Origin: Hyaloraphidium curvatum SAG 235-1
Lineage: Eukaryota > Fungi > Monoblepharomycota
Assembly (NCBI GenBank): GCA_025558095.1
Contig: JAIVFI010000001.1
Location: 868,001-932,000 of the forward strand
DNA: 64,000 bases
Reading direction: 5' to 3'
The notes under the pieces were generated by a model. That model did not search any database. It was not told where the DNA came from and saw only the letters and a program-made list of their open reading frames with translations. Below, in pieces: positions 46,995 through 60,000 of the stretch (its first letter is position 1; each line of letters opens with the position of its first letter). Made by a program: the position numbers and the translations under genes.

Positions 46995-48534
46995 TCGTCC
47001 AGCGGGGCCAGGTTGGGCGCGAGCGACGAGGTCTTCCGCCGCTTGCGGGGGCTTTGGAGCTTCTCCGCCGGCTCCTCCCCGTCCGCGGAATCCGCGAGCT
47101 CGGAGCCGCTGTCTTCCAGGGCCGCGACGGGAGCGATGGTCGTGATGTCGGGAAACTCCTCGGGCGGCTCGACCAAGCCGTGGATCTTTTGCCGGGTGAG
47201 GGCGTCGTCGGCGACCTGCGGTGCGGCAACGGTCAGAGGTGCGAGAAGCTGGGTTCTTTGTTGGACACACAATGTCGAACTCGTCCTCCATTTCCCTGTA
47301 GTCCGTGTTCTCCTCGACCTCCCGAAAGTCCGGGGCAAAGGCGCTCCAGTTCTCCTCCGTGCTGTTTGCCCAGATGTAGACGCGGTCTTCCTGCGAGACG
47401 GTCGCGATGATCGGCCGGAACGGGTGCCACTGGGAGCGCGGCAAGGCGCGCCAATGAGGTCGAGGTTTCGTCGTCGGTCAGTCGATTTCGCTGGAAGGGC
47501 GTTTGACGCGCGACACCCACGGCCAGATCCCTCAGAGTCCCGCCCTCGGGCGGCCCGTTTAGCTTCCGGACCAGGTTGCCCATGGCCCTGTCCCAGATGT
47601 ACAGCTCGTGCGACCCGCGCGACTGCGACGCGCCGACGACGTAGTCCTCCCCCGGGCTGAAGCAGCACGTCGTCCACTGGCAGCCCTCGACGTTGTCCCT
47701 GTACTTGACTGTCGCGGCCACCTCCGGGATGCCGGTCTTTGCGTCCAGCGGCATGGCGCGGATGACCTTGTCGGTCGCGTTGACGAGCAGGTGGCGGCCG
47801 CGGCGGCCCACGGCGATGCCCTTGACGCCGACGCGGTTCTCGAGGCGCGTCTGGAAGACGACCTTGCGGTCGGCGGTCGAGACGACCGCCAGCAGGCCCT
47901 TTGAGTTGCCGACGTAGATCCAGACCCCGCTGCGCGAGAAGCACGCGACGTAGGTGGTCATGTCGGGCGCGCCGTGCTCGCTGGACGCGGTCAGCAGCCA
48001 CGCGACGTGCCAGCAGGCGGGCACCTACTCGCCGAGGCCGCCGACCGGGCCGCCTGCGCCCTCCGGCGGCTCGCCCTCGACAAAGATCGGCAGCAAGCGC
48101 GGGGCGTCGCCCTGGCCGCCGAGCTCGACCAGACACGGCACGTAGGTGGCCGCGCACACCAGCAGCGAGGAGGCGTCGCGCGGGTGGAAGCATGCGGCGG
48201 CCACGGGAGCCGGGAAGCGCAGCGTGCGGGTTCTTGCGCCCCGTGCGAGGTCCCACACGCACACGCGGTGGTCGCCGGCCGACAGCAGCGCGGCGCCGCC
48301 GGGCGCCCACGCGAGCGCGACGACTTTGCCGGCGTGCGGCGGGCCGAGCACGCGGGCGGGCGCGCGCGCGGCCTCGACGTCCCACACGGCGAGCTGCCCC
48401 TCGCCGCCGCCCAGCGCGAGGTAGTTGCCGCGGCGGCTGAACGCGCACAGCGCAGGCGAGTGGCGCGGCAGCACGAGCGTCGCCGTCACCGCCGCGGGCA
48501 GGTCGCCGCCCTCGGGCAGGAGTTCCAGGTTCAT
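46952..48534 (-). CDS. RBBP5: COMPASS WD40 subunit RBBP5/Swd1
   Basis: MNLELL start; WD40 repeats; LYIWDRAMGNLVRKLNGP; WHPFRPII; NWSAFAPDFREVEENTDYREMEDEFD. Confidence 0.93.
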
Positions 48535-48561
48535 TCTACCTCCCCTACTTAATTAAACGTG

Positions 48562-50230
48562 ATGGTCCTTGTGTCCCAAACAACCATTACTCGCAGTAAA
48601 CAACCGATGGGGAGAGCGCAGCGGCTGGCGGCGCACCCGCAGCGGCGCTCGCTGCTCGCCGCCGCGTGCGGCCGCGGCTTTGCCGTCGTCGACCTCGCCG
48701 TCCCCGCAATCGTCGCCGTCCCGTCGCCCGCAGACCTCCACGGCGCCGCCGTGCGCGCACTTGCCTTCGTGCCCGGCCCCGGCGGCGACGGGCTACTCGT
48801 GACCGTCGGCGACGACAAGGAGGCGCGGCTGTGGCGGGCAAACGGGGGCGCCGCGCAGCTGCTGGGGTCCAAGCGGCTCGTCAAGCGCGCAAACGCCCTG
48901 GCCGTGGTCGCCGCCGCGGACCCGGCGTGGGCGGACACGCCGGCCGACGCCGAGAACGATGCCTCGCCGGTCGTGCTCATCGCGGACAAGTTCGGCGACG
49001 TGTACAGGCTCTCGCTCAACGACATTCGCCGGCCTTCGCACGTGCTGCCCCAGACCAGGGTCAAGGTCCTCGCCGGCGACGAGGAGGGCGCCGCCAACCT
49101 CGCCATGGGCCACGTGTCCATGCTGACCGACATCGTGGGATTACTTCGGCTCCGGCCCGCCGGCACCATCTAACAGCCAACCTGAACAGGCCCTGGACCC
49201 CGCCCGCGGCCTCGTCTTCACGGCCGACCGGGACGAGCACATCCGGATTACGAGCTATCCCAAGATGTACAACATCCACGGCTACCTGCTGGGCCACGAG
49301 CAGTGCGTAGATTGCCGCAAACGGCGCGCCAATCCGTCTCACCTGCCGAAACAACCATCCAGATTCGTCTCCAACATCCAGATCGTCCCGCACTCCCCCC
49401 GCCACCTCGTGTCCGGCGGAGGGGACCCCTTCTTGATCCTCTGGGACACTGAACGCCAGCGTCCGGTGGCGAAGCTGGACCTGTCGGACATAGTCGAGGC
49501 GCGGGGCGGGCTCGTGTCGGCGGCCGAGGCCACGGCAAAAGCCGCGGGCCTCGAAAAAGCTCAACTGCGGCCCGCCTTTCACAACAGAAGGCATCAGAAG
49601 AAGGGGCCTGCGGGAGCTGGTGGTCCGGAAGAACCGACAGAAGGCGACGCCGCCGCGGAGGCCCCAGCGGAGGACCTCGCCGCGGACGGTCGGGACAAAC
49701 TCTCCGTCGCCCGCATTGCCGTGTCGGGAGACGGCCATGCAGCCGTCCTCCTCGAAAAGTGGGTTTCCGTGTCCCAACTGCACTACACGTGGCTGAGCGT
49801 TTGTCCGTGCAGTTTCCCCCACGCCCTCGTCTACCCTCCGCTGCCCGCCGGTGCGGGCCTCCCTCTTGGCGAGCCTGCCGTCATCGATCTCGGCGGCATC
49901 CAGCCCGTGGATGCGGCTTTCGACGGAGACTTGCGCCTGTGGATTGCCATGCTGGAAGGTCCGCCTTTGACGCTGTGGAAGCTTGGCGCCGCGGGGAACG
50001 CGTGGGAGCCGGTGTTGGCGGATCCCGTGCTGGACCTCGCCAGCAAGGCGGTTGCAGACGTTCCCGACGCACCAGCAAACGGTGCGAAAGCGACGCCGGA
50101 AACCGCGGTGGACTTTTTCCCTTTCGGCAAGATCCGGAAGACGATGGGGGAAGAGAGCGGCGACGAAGGGGGTGAAGACTTCGGGGAACCGCAGCAGGGC
50201 GGAGGGCGGAAGAAGCGGGCCAAGCGATAG
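48562..50230 (+). CDS. TRM82: tRNA m7G46 methyltransferase non-catalytic subunit Trm82/WDR4
   Basis: VTVGDDK, IADKFGDVY, MGHVSMLTDI, TADRDEHIRITSYP..YNIHGYLLGHEQ|FVS, LVSGGGD. An alternative ATG lies at 48607. Confidence 0.9.
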
Positions 50231-50239
50231 CCGTTGGGT

Positions 50240-52628
50240 TCAGCGTCCCAGTCGTCCAAAGTACGAAGGGTCGCCCAGATTTACCCTCTGGCCCGACATT
50301 TTGGATCGCAGGTCGCTCATGACCTGTGTGGGCGTGGGCGTGGGCGGCTGAGCCAAATCGCCCGGCGAGTCGCCCGCCTTCACCCACCTCGGCAACCTGG
50401 TTCTTGTCCAAATCGTCGCGCTTGGAAAGCACGTCTTCGAGGTACGCGCCGGGCATGTCCGGGTAGGCTTTCCACGCGGCATACGCGTCGAGGAACAAGA
50501 GTCCGGGCTGGCTCAGGAGCACCGACACGATCTTGTCCACGGCCTCGAAGGCGCCCTTGACCCGCTTCTCGTTCCGGTACTTGGTGAAGAACGCTTCGGC
50601 ATCGGCGAGGTCCCGCTTCAGCCGGTCCGCGCAGAGCCCGGCCTTGTAGCGCGCCGACTTGTTCCGGAAAGCATCGAGGTACATGATGACGAAGCGGTCA
50701 AGCAGCTCCGCAAAGAGCTTCGTGAACAGGTACTCCTGCATGTGCGCCTGGAAGTCGTTGCAGTAGTCCTCCAGCGTCCCCAGCACGAGCCTCATGAGGT
50801 CCTCGCTGTACCACTGCTGGCAGTGGAGCTGTCCCACGGCCGGCTTCGTGTCGTTGAGCGCCACTTCGACCAGCACGGTGTAGGCCCGCTTGGCGACGCG
50901 CATGAAGCCGTCCTGCGTGCTCCCCAGCGATTGGTTCATCTCGGCCCGGTACTCCTCCCCCGCGAAAGGATCCAGCTTCTTCACGATGACCTCGGTAAAC
51001 TCGGTCGCGCGGTAGCAGTCGTTGGCGAGGGCCATGACGTACTCGGGAAAGCCTTTCGGGGACTCGGCCGGCTTCGTGAGCAGCTTCTGGAACTCGGCGT
51101 CCAACACGCCGAGCCACTTTGTCTGGAACTCCTCGAGGGATCTGCAGCACTCCGAAACGACGTCGTACAGGAGGCGGTCCCTCCCCGTCGCCGCGGCAAT
51201 GTCGATCTGCTGGTTCACCATCTGGAACATAATGACCGGGCTCGCCGTGCCGTAGATGCCGTTGTTCTCCTCCGGGGGCTCCTCGCGCGCGCAGAACTGG
51301 CGCATCTCCGTCACAAACAGGTTGCCCATCCACTCGTCCAGCTTCGTCCTGATGAGCTTCAGGTAGTCGTTGACCAGCTGCTGCTCCTTGCCGTCCAAAA
51401 GCTCCGGCATGAGCACCTCCTCCGAGACGCCGAGCCGAACCCGCATGTCGTCGTAGTAGTCCCTGACCCATTTCAGAAGCCGCAGGATCGACCCTGCATC
51501 CAAGTAGTTGGCCACAATCCTGTTCAGCAGGTCGTAAACGTGGATGTGGTACCGGAGGACAAAGAAGGGGAAGATGCCCCATCGCCTCGGGAACAGCGGG
51601 GCGACGTCGTCGTACACCACCGTCAGATCGTCGACGACAAAGTCCATGTGGTCCAAAGTGCCGAGCAGATCGCGCGAAAAGGGGGCGATGGCCTCCTGGA
51701 ACCTGGCCGCCACCGTTTCCTGGAGGATCTCCTTGAACCGGCTCAGGTACCCCTTGGGCGTCCGCCCGACCGTAGACACGTGGTCCGGACTCGGCAGCAC
51801 GGCCGGGTCCGACGGCTGAGCGTGCCCAATCATCTCGTCCAGGCGCTCCTCCGCCTCGATGATCTTTGCCAGGCGAACCACCACGGAAGGCTGCTTCGCC
51901 TGCACGAGGTCCAACACGTGGTGCGCAAGATCCCAGAGGTAATCCGCAAACTCCGCGACGACGTAATCCAGTCTCCGAAAGTATTGCTGGCAATGGGTTC
52001 AGCCGTTTCAGGGATGCCGAATCTTCGCGCGGGAAAGGCCCACCTGCAAGGTCAGAATCACGTCCGCCGAGGACCTCTTCGAGCGCTCCATGGTCGAGTT
52101 TCTAAAAGCCTCCAGGTGCACAATCTCGTAGTGGATCGGCAGCAGATGTTCCGCGGGGCCCAGAAGGTCGCGCCGCTGCTCGGTGAGGAGGGCCGAGACG
52201 CGTGCCACCCGTTCGTTCAGGCTCTGGAACTGCTCCATGTGCTCCTTCGTTGACAGGAAGTTGCGGTGTGTCCTCGATATCTTTTTGATCTTCGGGTAGT
52301 TCTGCACCATGGTCTGCGCGTCATTGGACAGCCGGTCCACGGTCTCGAGGTTCCGTCCGATCGCGTCCATGTCGTCGCGCGTGGTCGACAGCAGGGCCAG
52401 GGCGCGAACGGCGTCGTCCACCTGCGTCTGGACCGCAGTTTTGAGCTGCGCGTCGATGCTGGCCTTCTCCGCGACCAGCTTGCGCTTGAACGCCAGGAGA
52501 CGGTCAAAGTCTCCGTGCTTGAAACGCTCGCTAATCTGCTGCGCGGCCGCTTCGTGTGCATCTGCCACCGTCTGGGACTCGAGCTGCAGCTGGAATGCAG
52601 CCGCAGGATCCCGCGCGGACCCGTTCAT
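50240..52628 (-). CDS. SEC6: Exocyst subunit Sec6/EXOC3
   Basis: EKASIDAQLK, HLLPIHYEIVHLEAFRN, VVRLAKIIEAEE, VAPLFPRRWGIF, MFQMVNQQ, YVMALAND, TLEDYCNDF. An alternative upstream ATG lies at 52673. Confidence 0.92.
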
Positions 52629-52686
52629 GGTTGGAGACGGCGCCGCGGTCCGGCGGAGCTTGGAGCTGATCATCACCCCCCGCCGC

Positions 52687-55600
52687 TCACGACTCCTTCA
52701 TTGCTATAGCAAGCCGTTCGCCGCAATACAAGCACTGATCGTAGGCACGCAAAACACCCTCGAGCACAGTGCCGGCAAAGTGCCGGGGCAGCAGCGTCCG
52801 CTTGCGGCAACCAGTGCAGATCCGCACGTACGGGGTGCTGATGACCGTCATCGTGACGGAGCAACGTTCCCACGCGTGTCCTTTCGCGCACGTTGCCTTC
52901 CACGGCGAGTCCAACGGCAGAAACTCCTGGCACGCCGGACAGCGTTCCCTCAGAGGGAGTCCGGTTGGGGCGCTTTTGGAAAGCATTGCGTTGACGGCGG
53001 CCAGCTCGGGCGCGACGTCGATCGACGGAGATGCAAGCCCCCCGTCGCCGACGAGCAGCTCGCACAGATCCTTGACCGTCGGGAGGAGGTCCGGAAAGGC
53101 ATCCGGGTTCAGCAGCACGTAGTCGCACAGAGTCATGAGCGAATGAGAGATCGCGTCTGGCTCGGTAAACTGTTAGCTCCGGCAAGCCGCAGGGCGGGAG
53201 GACGTCTACCATTTGCACCCTCTGCAACGGAAAGCCGCAAGACGCGCTCCAGCCACCTCATCAGGCCGTCCGTATGGTGCAGATGGATCATGTCAAAGTT
53301 CCGCGCCAAGGCCATGGAGGACCCCAGATCGAACACCTGCACGAAGAGCCTCTGACGGTTAGGCCGACGAAGTGCACGGGGAACGAAAGCAAACCTTCAT
53401 GCTCGCCAAGACCGTGTTGAGAACCCGCAGCTTGTTGAGCTGCACGCTGTGGAACCAGTAAGACCGGAGCACGTCGAGGTGGTTCGACAACTTGGCGGTA
53501 GGACTTGCATCTGGCTCGACCGAGCTCGGGGTGGCAAGATTCCCAAACACCGACGATCCGTCGGTCATGTGATCGACGGAAGGTGGCGAAAGGAGAGCGA
53601 CCGTTCGAGCGACCAAGGTGCTTTCGGGCGCGACTTGCTCTTCCTCCGGAGCAACCCGCTGTGCAGACATCTCGTTGACGACGTCGATCGCAAAGGCCGT
53701 AGATGAACATCGGTCCACTGGGAAAAGAAGAGGCGTCAGGATTGTGCAGTACTTGGAACCGAAAAACACCGACGGATTCGAGGATCCGCGAGCTCATGCT
53801 GCAGCCAATCCAAGAGACCGAGCTTGCCTTCGCTCGACACCGTCCTGAACAGGACGTACGAGACCGCCTTGATGGCAATCTTGAACTCGACGTCGGCGAC
53901 GGACTGCAGGCTGCGGAGCAGGCTGTCAATCGCACTCTCGAGAACGTGTGGCAGAAGAACCTAAAGTGGACCGCCTGTATCGAGCCGAACTTCGACGGTG
54001 ACAATCCGAGCAACCGAGCCTGGGTGGGATACGGTCGAAGTACCGTGCTCTTGCTGGCATCTCGTGCGTCGCGCTGGACGGTGATGGGGTTCTCCAATGG
54101 CCCAGGTATGGCAGCATTCCCCTCCTGGTCGCCATCGCCCTCGTCATCGTCAGCCGACGCCTCGAAAACTCGATGACGCAGAAGAGCCCCATAGAATTCG
54201 GAGGTCTTGTTGTCTGCAACATCCAGTGCCGCGGTGGAGGCATCGATCACATAGACGGCCCCATCGAGAGTGATGAGCTCCAGCGCTGTCCCGGTGGTGT
54301 TCCATGCGACCCCTGGAGATGGAGTCAGTGGGCGAAGCCCGAACATCCACCGCAAACACCGCTGCGCACCGACGATGGGGGTAAAGGAGTCCAGCATCGT
54401 CCTCCACAGCTCCCAACCGTTTGACCTTTTCGATGCAACATGCAGCTGGTTGCCCTTGATCGCAGCAAACCTCCGGCCTTCACGCTGAAAAATGGGTTAG
54501 TATTGGGATGCAGCGCCCGAAAGACTGCGCCCACGCCGCTCTTGGTCCACCGGATCGCCGTGGGAAGTCTGTCATCGCATTCCCACACCCGCTGCCGCGC
54601 CGACTCGACCAGTTGCGGGCCCCTTGAGCCGGTCTCGTCGACTCGGGTTTCCAAGACGTCGAGAGATCCGCTCGAGCCAGCCACAACGAGATTGCTCGCA
54701 CCTGTTGGGGCGATGGACTTTCGGTGGAGCTCCCTCGGATCGACACGCCACGCACCGGTGTCGTCCCACAAAGGCAACCAGCACTGGCGTGTAATCCACG
54801 AGCTAGGTTGCACCTCAAAGGAACCTGTAAAGGCAAACTCTTGGTCGCAGAAGCTGTTGCGGGGGTTCGTTCAAGTGTTGACGCGGCAACAGCGAAGAGA
54901 ATCACCGCCAAACCAATACTGATCCTGCTCTCGTGCCCAGCGTGACAAACGTGTAGCTGCTGCTCGTAGACTCCGCTGTACACGAAGCGGACCACGCGCA
55001 AGCTGAGGTGATCGTTAGTGAAACGCCCATTTCGCGGGCTTCCAATACTTGCATGTGACCTCGGCTGCCTCGAACTCCGCCCTGGTTTCAATGGCTTTCT
55101 TTCCAACGACGTTCTGGAGGATGTCCTTGGAGAAATCAAACATCTGCCGGATTGTCAGTGACTGAGCGAACGCCCGAGTGCGATTGGTAAACGCACGACC
55201 GACCAAGTCCCTCCCAAGGGATCTTCATCGGGCGCGTAGACCACCGCACGTCCGCGAGATGTCACTGCAAGAACCAGTGTCCTGTTCCGAGTGCGCTTTG
55301 CCTTCAGGCGTGATTGCAGACGAGCCGATCGCTTCCGCTCACCCGCCAAGCGGGCTGCAGCCCATGGGAGACCAGCAGGCGGCCACAAACGATTCGGAGG
55401 CGCTCATGTCGGGACGGAATTCGACCTCTTCGTACGCCGGCCGCGGCGCGTCGGTAAGACCAGTGACGTGTCGAACAGACCGATTACTGACCATCGACGA
55501 ACTCGTAGCGGGGCCTGGCACTCGTCCGGGGCAGCTCAATGTCCGCACGGTGGAATGCATTGGTCGTGCTGCCCAGCCGAGGGGTCTGGAGGCGGTGGAG

Positions 55601-55755
55601 ACGTTGGGACGCGGGAATCCAAGCTGCCCGTCGACGCGTTTCCGCACCAGGACGTGCAGGTTACGCGTGGTGATGACCAGCAGGCTGCCAGCATCGCTCC
55701 AGGACAGCGTATCGAGGTTTGCCGCCTGTGTAGGGAACTTTAGGAGGAGGTCCAT
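52687..55755 (-). CDS. GTF3C4: TFIIIC subunit delta (GTF3C4/TFIIIC90-like) with C-terminal zf-TFIIIC
   Basis: N-terminal LSWSDAGSLLV and CWSPMGC..LAVTSRGRAVVY; C-terminal ERCPAC...CAKGHAWERCSVT...RICTGC...CLYCG. Confidence 0.8.
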
Positions 55756-55948
55756 CCCCGTTGCCGGCGCGAGTTGGTTGTGGTCCGACCGACCAACACA
55801 ACCCCGTCCGAATCACGGGCTACACCTGCCCATTCCGGACTTTCCAGGCCACGGTGAGATTCATGCCTTTGTTTGCCCCACTTTCGCGTGCCTGACGCGC
55901 GGTCTTCTAGAGTCGTCTCTTCGCCCCGAGTGACATACCAATACTGCG

Positions 55949-56443
55949 ATGGACCGGCTCAAGCGCACCGAGCGGCCCGCCGACTTCGATGGCAATGTCG
56001 CAAACCTTTCCGCCGCCAAGGTTCCTGCCTCGACCAAGGAGACCGGGCCCGGGGGTGTGGATGCGTCCTCTGTTTCGACTTCCGCGTTCGGTGTCAAGCT
56101 GAAGAAGACTCAGCGCCCCGCTGACTGTGAGCGATTCGAACTAGCTACGCCGCCTTGCTCGGCCTGATTTCGCGCGGCAGACGACGGGACACTTCCAAAC
56201 CTGAGCAAGCCGAGCTCGACGGAGACCGAGCCCGAAGCTTCGTTCGCAGGGGTGCAGCTCAAGTCGGTGAGCCAGGTCAAGGACTCCGACGTCTCCACCA
56301 AATCCACCGAGCTCGAGGTGCCGGTTCTTCCGCACAAGGCGCTGAAGAAGGTGGAAGACGGTCCCGCGGCGAAGGAGCTCTCTCTGGCCACCGAAACGCA
56401 AGCCCTGGACCACGGCAAATCCGGTGGCTTGGCCATCGCGTGA
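55949..56443 (+). CDS. Small uncharacterised protein with four LKKT-like (WH2/thymosin-like) motifs
   Basis: Two exons (intron 56127-56180); repeats DRLKRTERPADFDG, GVKLKKTQRPADYDG, GVQLKSV, KALKKVE. Confidence 0.6.
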
Positions 56444-57031
56444 CATTGAATTGTTGGCGGTTTTGCTGCCATACGGACGTTCGGGGCTCGGACAGATTCA
56501 CAGGTGCGGGGGGAGGGGACAGATGAGGGGAGAACCGCTATGATGGCTATGTTTGATTCCGTTGTCAATGCTACTCTGTTTCGCCATTTCTGCATTGATC
56601 TATGCCAGTCCAGGTAGCTTCTCTTGCGTCCAAGGGTGGGAGTCTACTCTTGAAAACCAATCCGTACGACCTGACGGCGAAACACCGTCTGGGGATCTCC
56701 GACATATTTCGAAGTGCCAAATAATGCCTTATATAGCCTTCCGGTGGTGCTTGAGCTCTGAAACGGTTTGAGGTGTGGGGGAGGGGACCGGCCGCAGCGG
56801 GCAGCCTTCGCGTGGAGGTCGCGCACCTTTCACTTCACTAACCGTTTTTCCTGCCCTGCCCGCGCGGCTCCCCGGGAGCTCCCTCGCCCCGGACTCCGCG
56901 CCGCCGAGCCCGAGGCTGCTCACCCCGCTCGCGCGCGGCCGTCGGGCGGAGGTCGGGGCTCTCCGTTTCGCGCTGCAGACGCGGTTCCACGGGACTGAGA
57001 GACCCGCGACCGCGAGCGCTGTTCGGGCGCC

Positions 57032-60000
57032 ATGGACGCGGAGAGCGCGGAGGCCGCGGACGTTGGAGTGGAACACATGGAGCATAGTCCCGATGTGGCC
57101 GACGAGGCGGGCTCGGCGGTCAACGGCGAGCTGGATGCCGGCACGCCGGCGGACGGCGACGGCGACGCCTCCATGAAGCGGAGGCCGGCGGACGACGACG
57201 ATGCGCTGGACGCACAGTCACAGTGAGCGTCATTTGGCCACGACCGCGGGTGGTGGTTGATCTCTGGCGGCAGGGCGAAGAAGCTGCGGACCGACGATGG
57301 ACCTGCACAACCCGTCGCGGAGGCTGCTGCGCCAGCGCAGGCCTTTGTCGCGGAACATGCCGTGGCCAACGGGATTCCGCCACAGGTTAGCACTCTTGAC
57401 GCGGACGTTTGGCACGCGCCGGGCTTAAAATCCGGAATACGCTCCTTCCAGACGGCAGCGGCTCCGGAACCGGTGGCAGCCCCCGCACCAGTCAGCCATG
57501 CTCCCGCTCCGGCACACGTCCCCGCACCCGTCGCAGCGCCGGCTCCGGCGCCGACAGTGGCCACCCCGGCTCCCTACACCGGACCTCCCGGTCCGATGCT
57601 CCCTCCCGCACCCATCAAGCGCTCCTACCCGACTCCGATCGACACCAGCTTCGGTGGAAACTCCCGCAACGCCTCGAATCTTTCGAAGGACCAGTATCGC
57701 TACCTCCTCAGCGTAGTCAAGGAGCTGCGAAAGCTGCCTGCGGCCGGCCCCTTCAACAAGCCGGTGGATCACGTTGCGCTCAAGATTCCGGACTATTACC
57801 GGGTCATTACCGAGCCCATGGACCTTGGCACGGTGCAGGAACGGCTGGAAAAGAAGATGTACATGGACGTGCAGGAGTTTGAGCACGACGTCCAGCTCGT
57901 GTTCAACAACTGCTACAAGTACAACGGGCCGAGCCACGCGGTTTCCGGGTGGGCACGTGCGGTGCAGGACGAATTCCAGCTGCGGATGAAGAACTTCCCC
58001 GCGCAAGGCGACGAAACGCCGGGGAGCCCCAAGGTTCGTTGGCATGCTGGCCGGGAGCGAGCGGACGCAGCTTATCGTTTTGGCGCGCAGTTCCACGGCC
58101 GCAAGAATTCGTTCACTTCCGATTCGATCCGTCCAAGCGGGGGCGGCACGAAGACCAAGGGCCCGCGGGATCCTCGTCGGTACGAGGCCGAGATGAACTT
58201 TGCCCGGAAGATCATCGCCGAGATGAAGCGCCCGAAGTACAAGGACGACAACCAGTGGTTCCTGTACCCCGTCCCGGATTCGGTGCCAGGCTACAGGGAG
58301 GTCGTCAAGTTCCCCATGGACATGTCGACCATGGAAAAGAGGATCTCCAACAAGACCTACTCGTCGATCGACGAATTCCACGATGACATGAGGCTGATGT
58401 TTTCGAACTGCTACAGGTACGTATGGGCGATCCTGCAGCGCGCGGCCATCCGTTTGACTGCCATGGCCGCAGCTTCAATCTTGCGGGAGATGCCGTGTAC
58501 ATGGCCGGGAAGCGTCTCGAAGCGGTGTTCGACGCCGAATGGCGGCGCAAGCCCGATTTTTCGCAGCCGCGGCCGGTTTCGAAAAAGTCCGGTGGGAACA
58601 AGGGGGCAAAGAGCGGCTCTCCATCGCTGTCGTCGGACGACGATTCGTCCGATTCGGATTCCGATGCTTCGGAAGGGTCCAACTCGTCGGACGACGGTGG
58701 GACGGACGCCGGTTGGCCAGCGTGACCTGGGCTGACTCGTTCCCGCCGCCAGAGAAACAAATCAAGCTCTTGCAGAACCAGCTCCAGCTGGTGACGGCGC
58801 AGCTTACCGCGCTGGTGAACAAAAAGAGCATGAAGGACGGCAAGAAGCACCGGAAGGAGAAGTCGAAGGACAAGGAGCGGAGAAAGCGGGAGAAGCGCGA
58901 ACGCGAACGCGAGCGCGAGCGAGAGCGGGAACGCGAGCGCGAGCGGGAGCGGGAGCGGGAACGCGCCGCGGAGCGCGAACGGATGGAGTGGGAGAGGGCC
59001 TCCATCCCGGCCAAGACCAAGGCGTCGAAGATCGAGAAGAAGAGCAAGAAGGCGTCGAGCGGGGCGCCCAAACGGCCTTCGGATCCTTCCAAGAAGAAGT
59101 CCTCGGTCGCGCAGCGTGAGATCACGCTGGAGGACAAGCAGTTCCTCACGGAACAGATCAACAGCCTCAACCCGGAGTACCTGACCGAGGTTGTTCAGAT
59201 CATCCAGCAGAACATGCCCCACCTCGCCGTGAGTTTCATGCCGCCACGAGCAGACGTGCCATTGCTGATGCGTCGCCGCGTCGCTACAGAACACGGATTC
59301 TGGAGAGATCGAGCTGGACATCGAGACTCTGGATCAGAACACCTTGCGCAAGCTGTACCAGTTTGTCCTGGACAAGAGCAGGACGGCAGCACCAGGTGCG
59401 TTCCCCTGCAATATGGCCGATTGTGTCCGTGCCTAACTCTGGTTACCAGGTGGACGACCGCGGAACCTCGGCGGCTCCGACTCGGACTCCGATTCAGGTA
59501 GTGACGCTTAATGAAATACGGTCGTTTCGTCCGCCTCCGGTACCTCTGCAAGGATGGCGGCGAAGGCGGCCGAGAAAGCTGCTGGTGCGACATAGATGTA
59601 TCCCGCATAGCCCGCCGTCCTTGCAGCAGGGAGTGGGGCGGGCGAAATGTACCCATTGATTGCTTTGATTGGAATACACGTTCTGATGCCGCATTCCCCT
59701 TCGCAGACACGAGCTCCTCGGACAGCAGCACTTCGGAAGGCGACCGTTCGGTAAAGCCGAAGGAAGCGGACGCCGGTCGTCCGGTCGAATCCGAATCGGC
59801 GGCGAAGGAACCGGCGCCAAAAGCAGCGTCGGAAAGCGCTGGCAAGGACCCTAAGCAGCCGAAGGCTGATCTTCCAGCCCCGCGTGCGGATGCAGGCGCA
59901 GGATCGTCGTCCGGTCAACCCGACCCGGGCACAGCTTCGAAGCAGAAGCCCCCGTCAACGACGGCGGCTGCCAAGGGCGAGGATGCTCGTCCAGCCAAGA

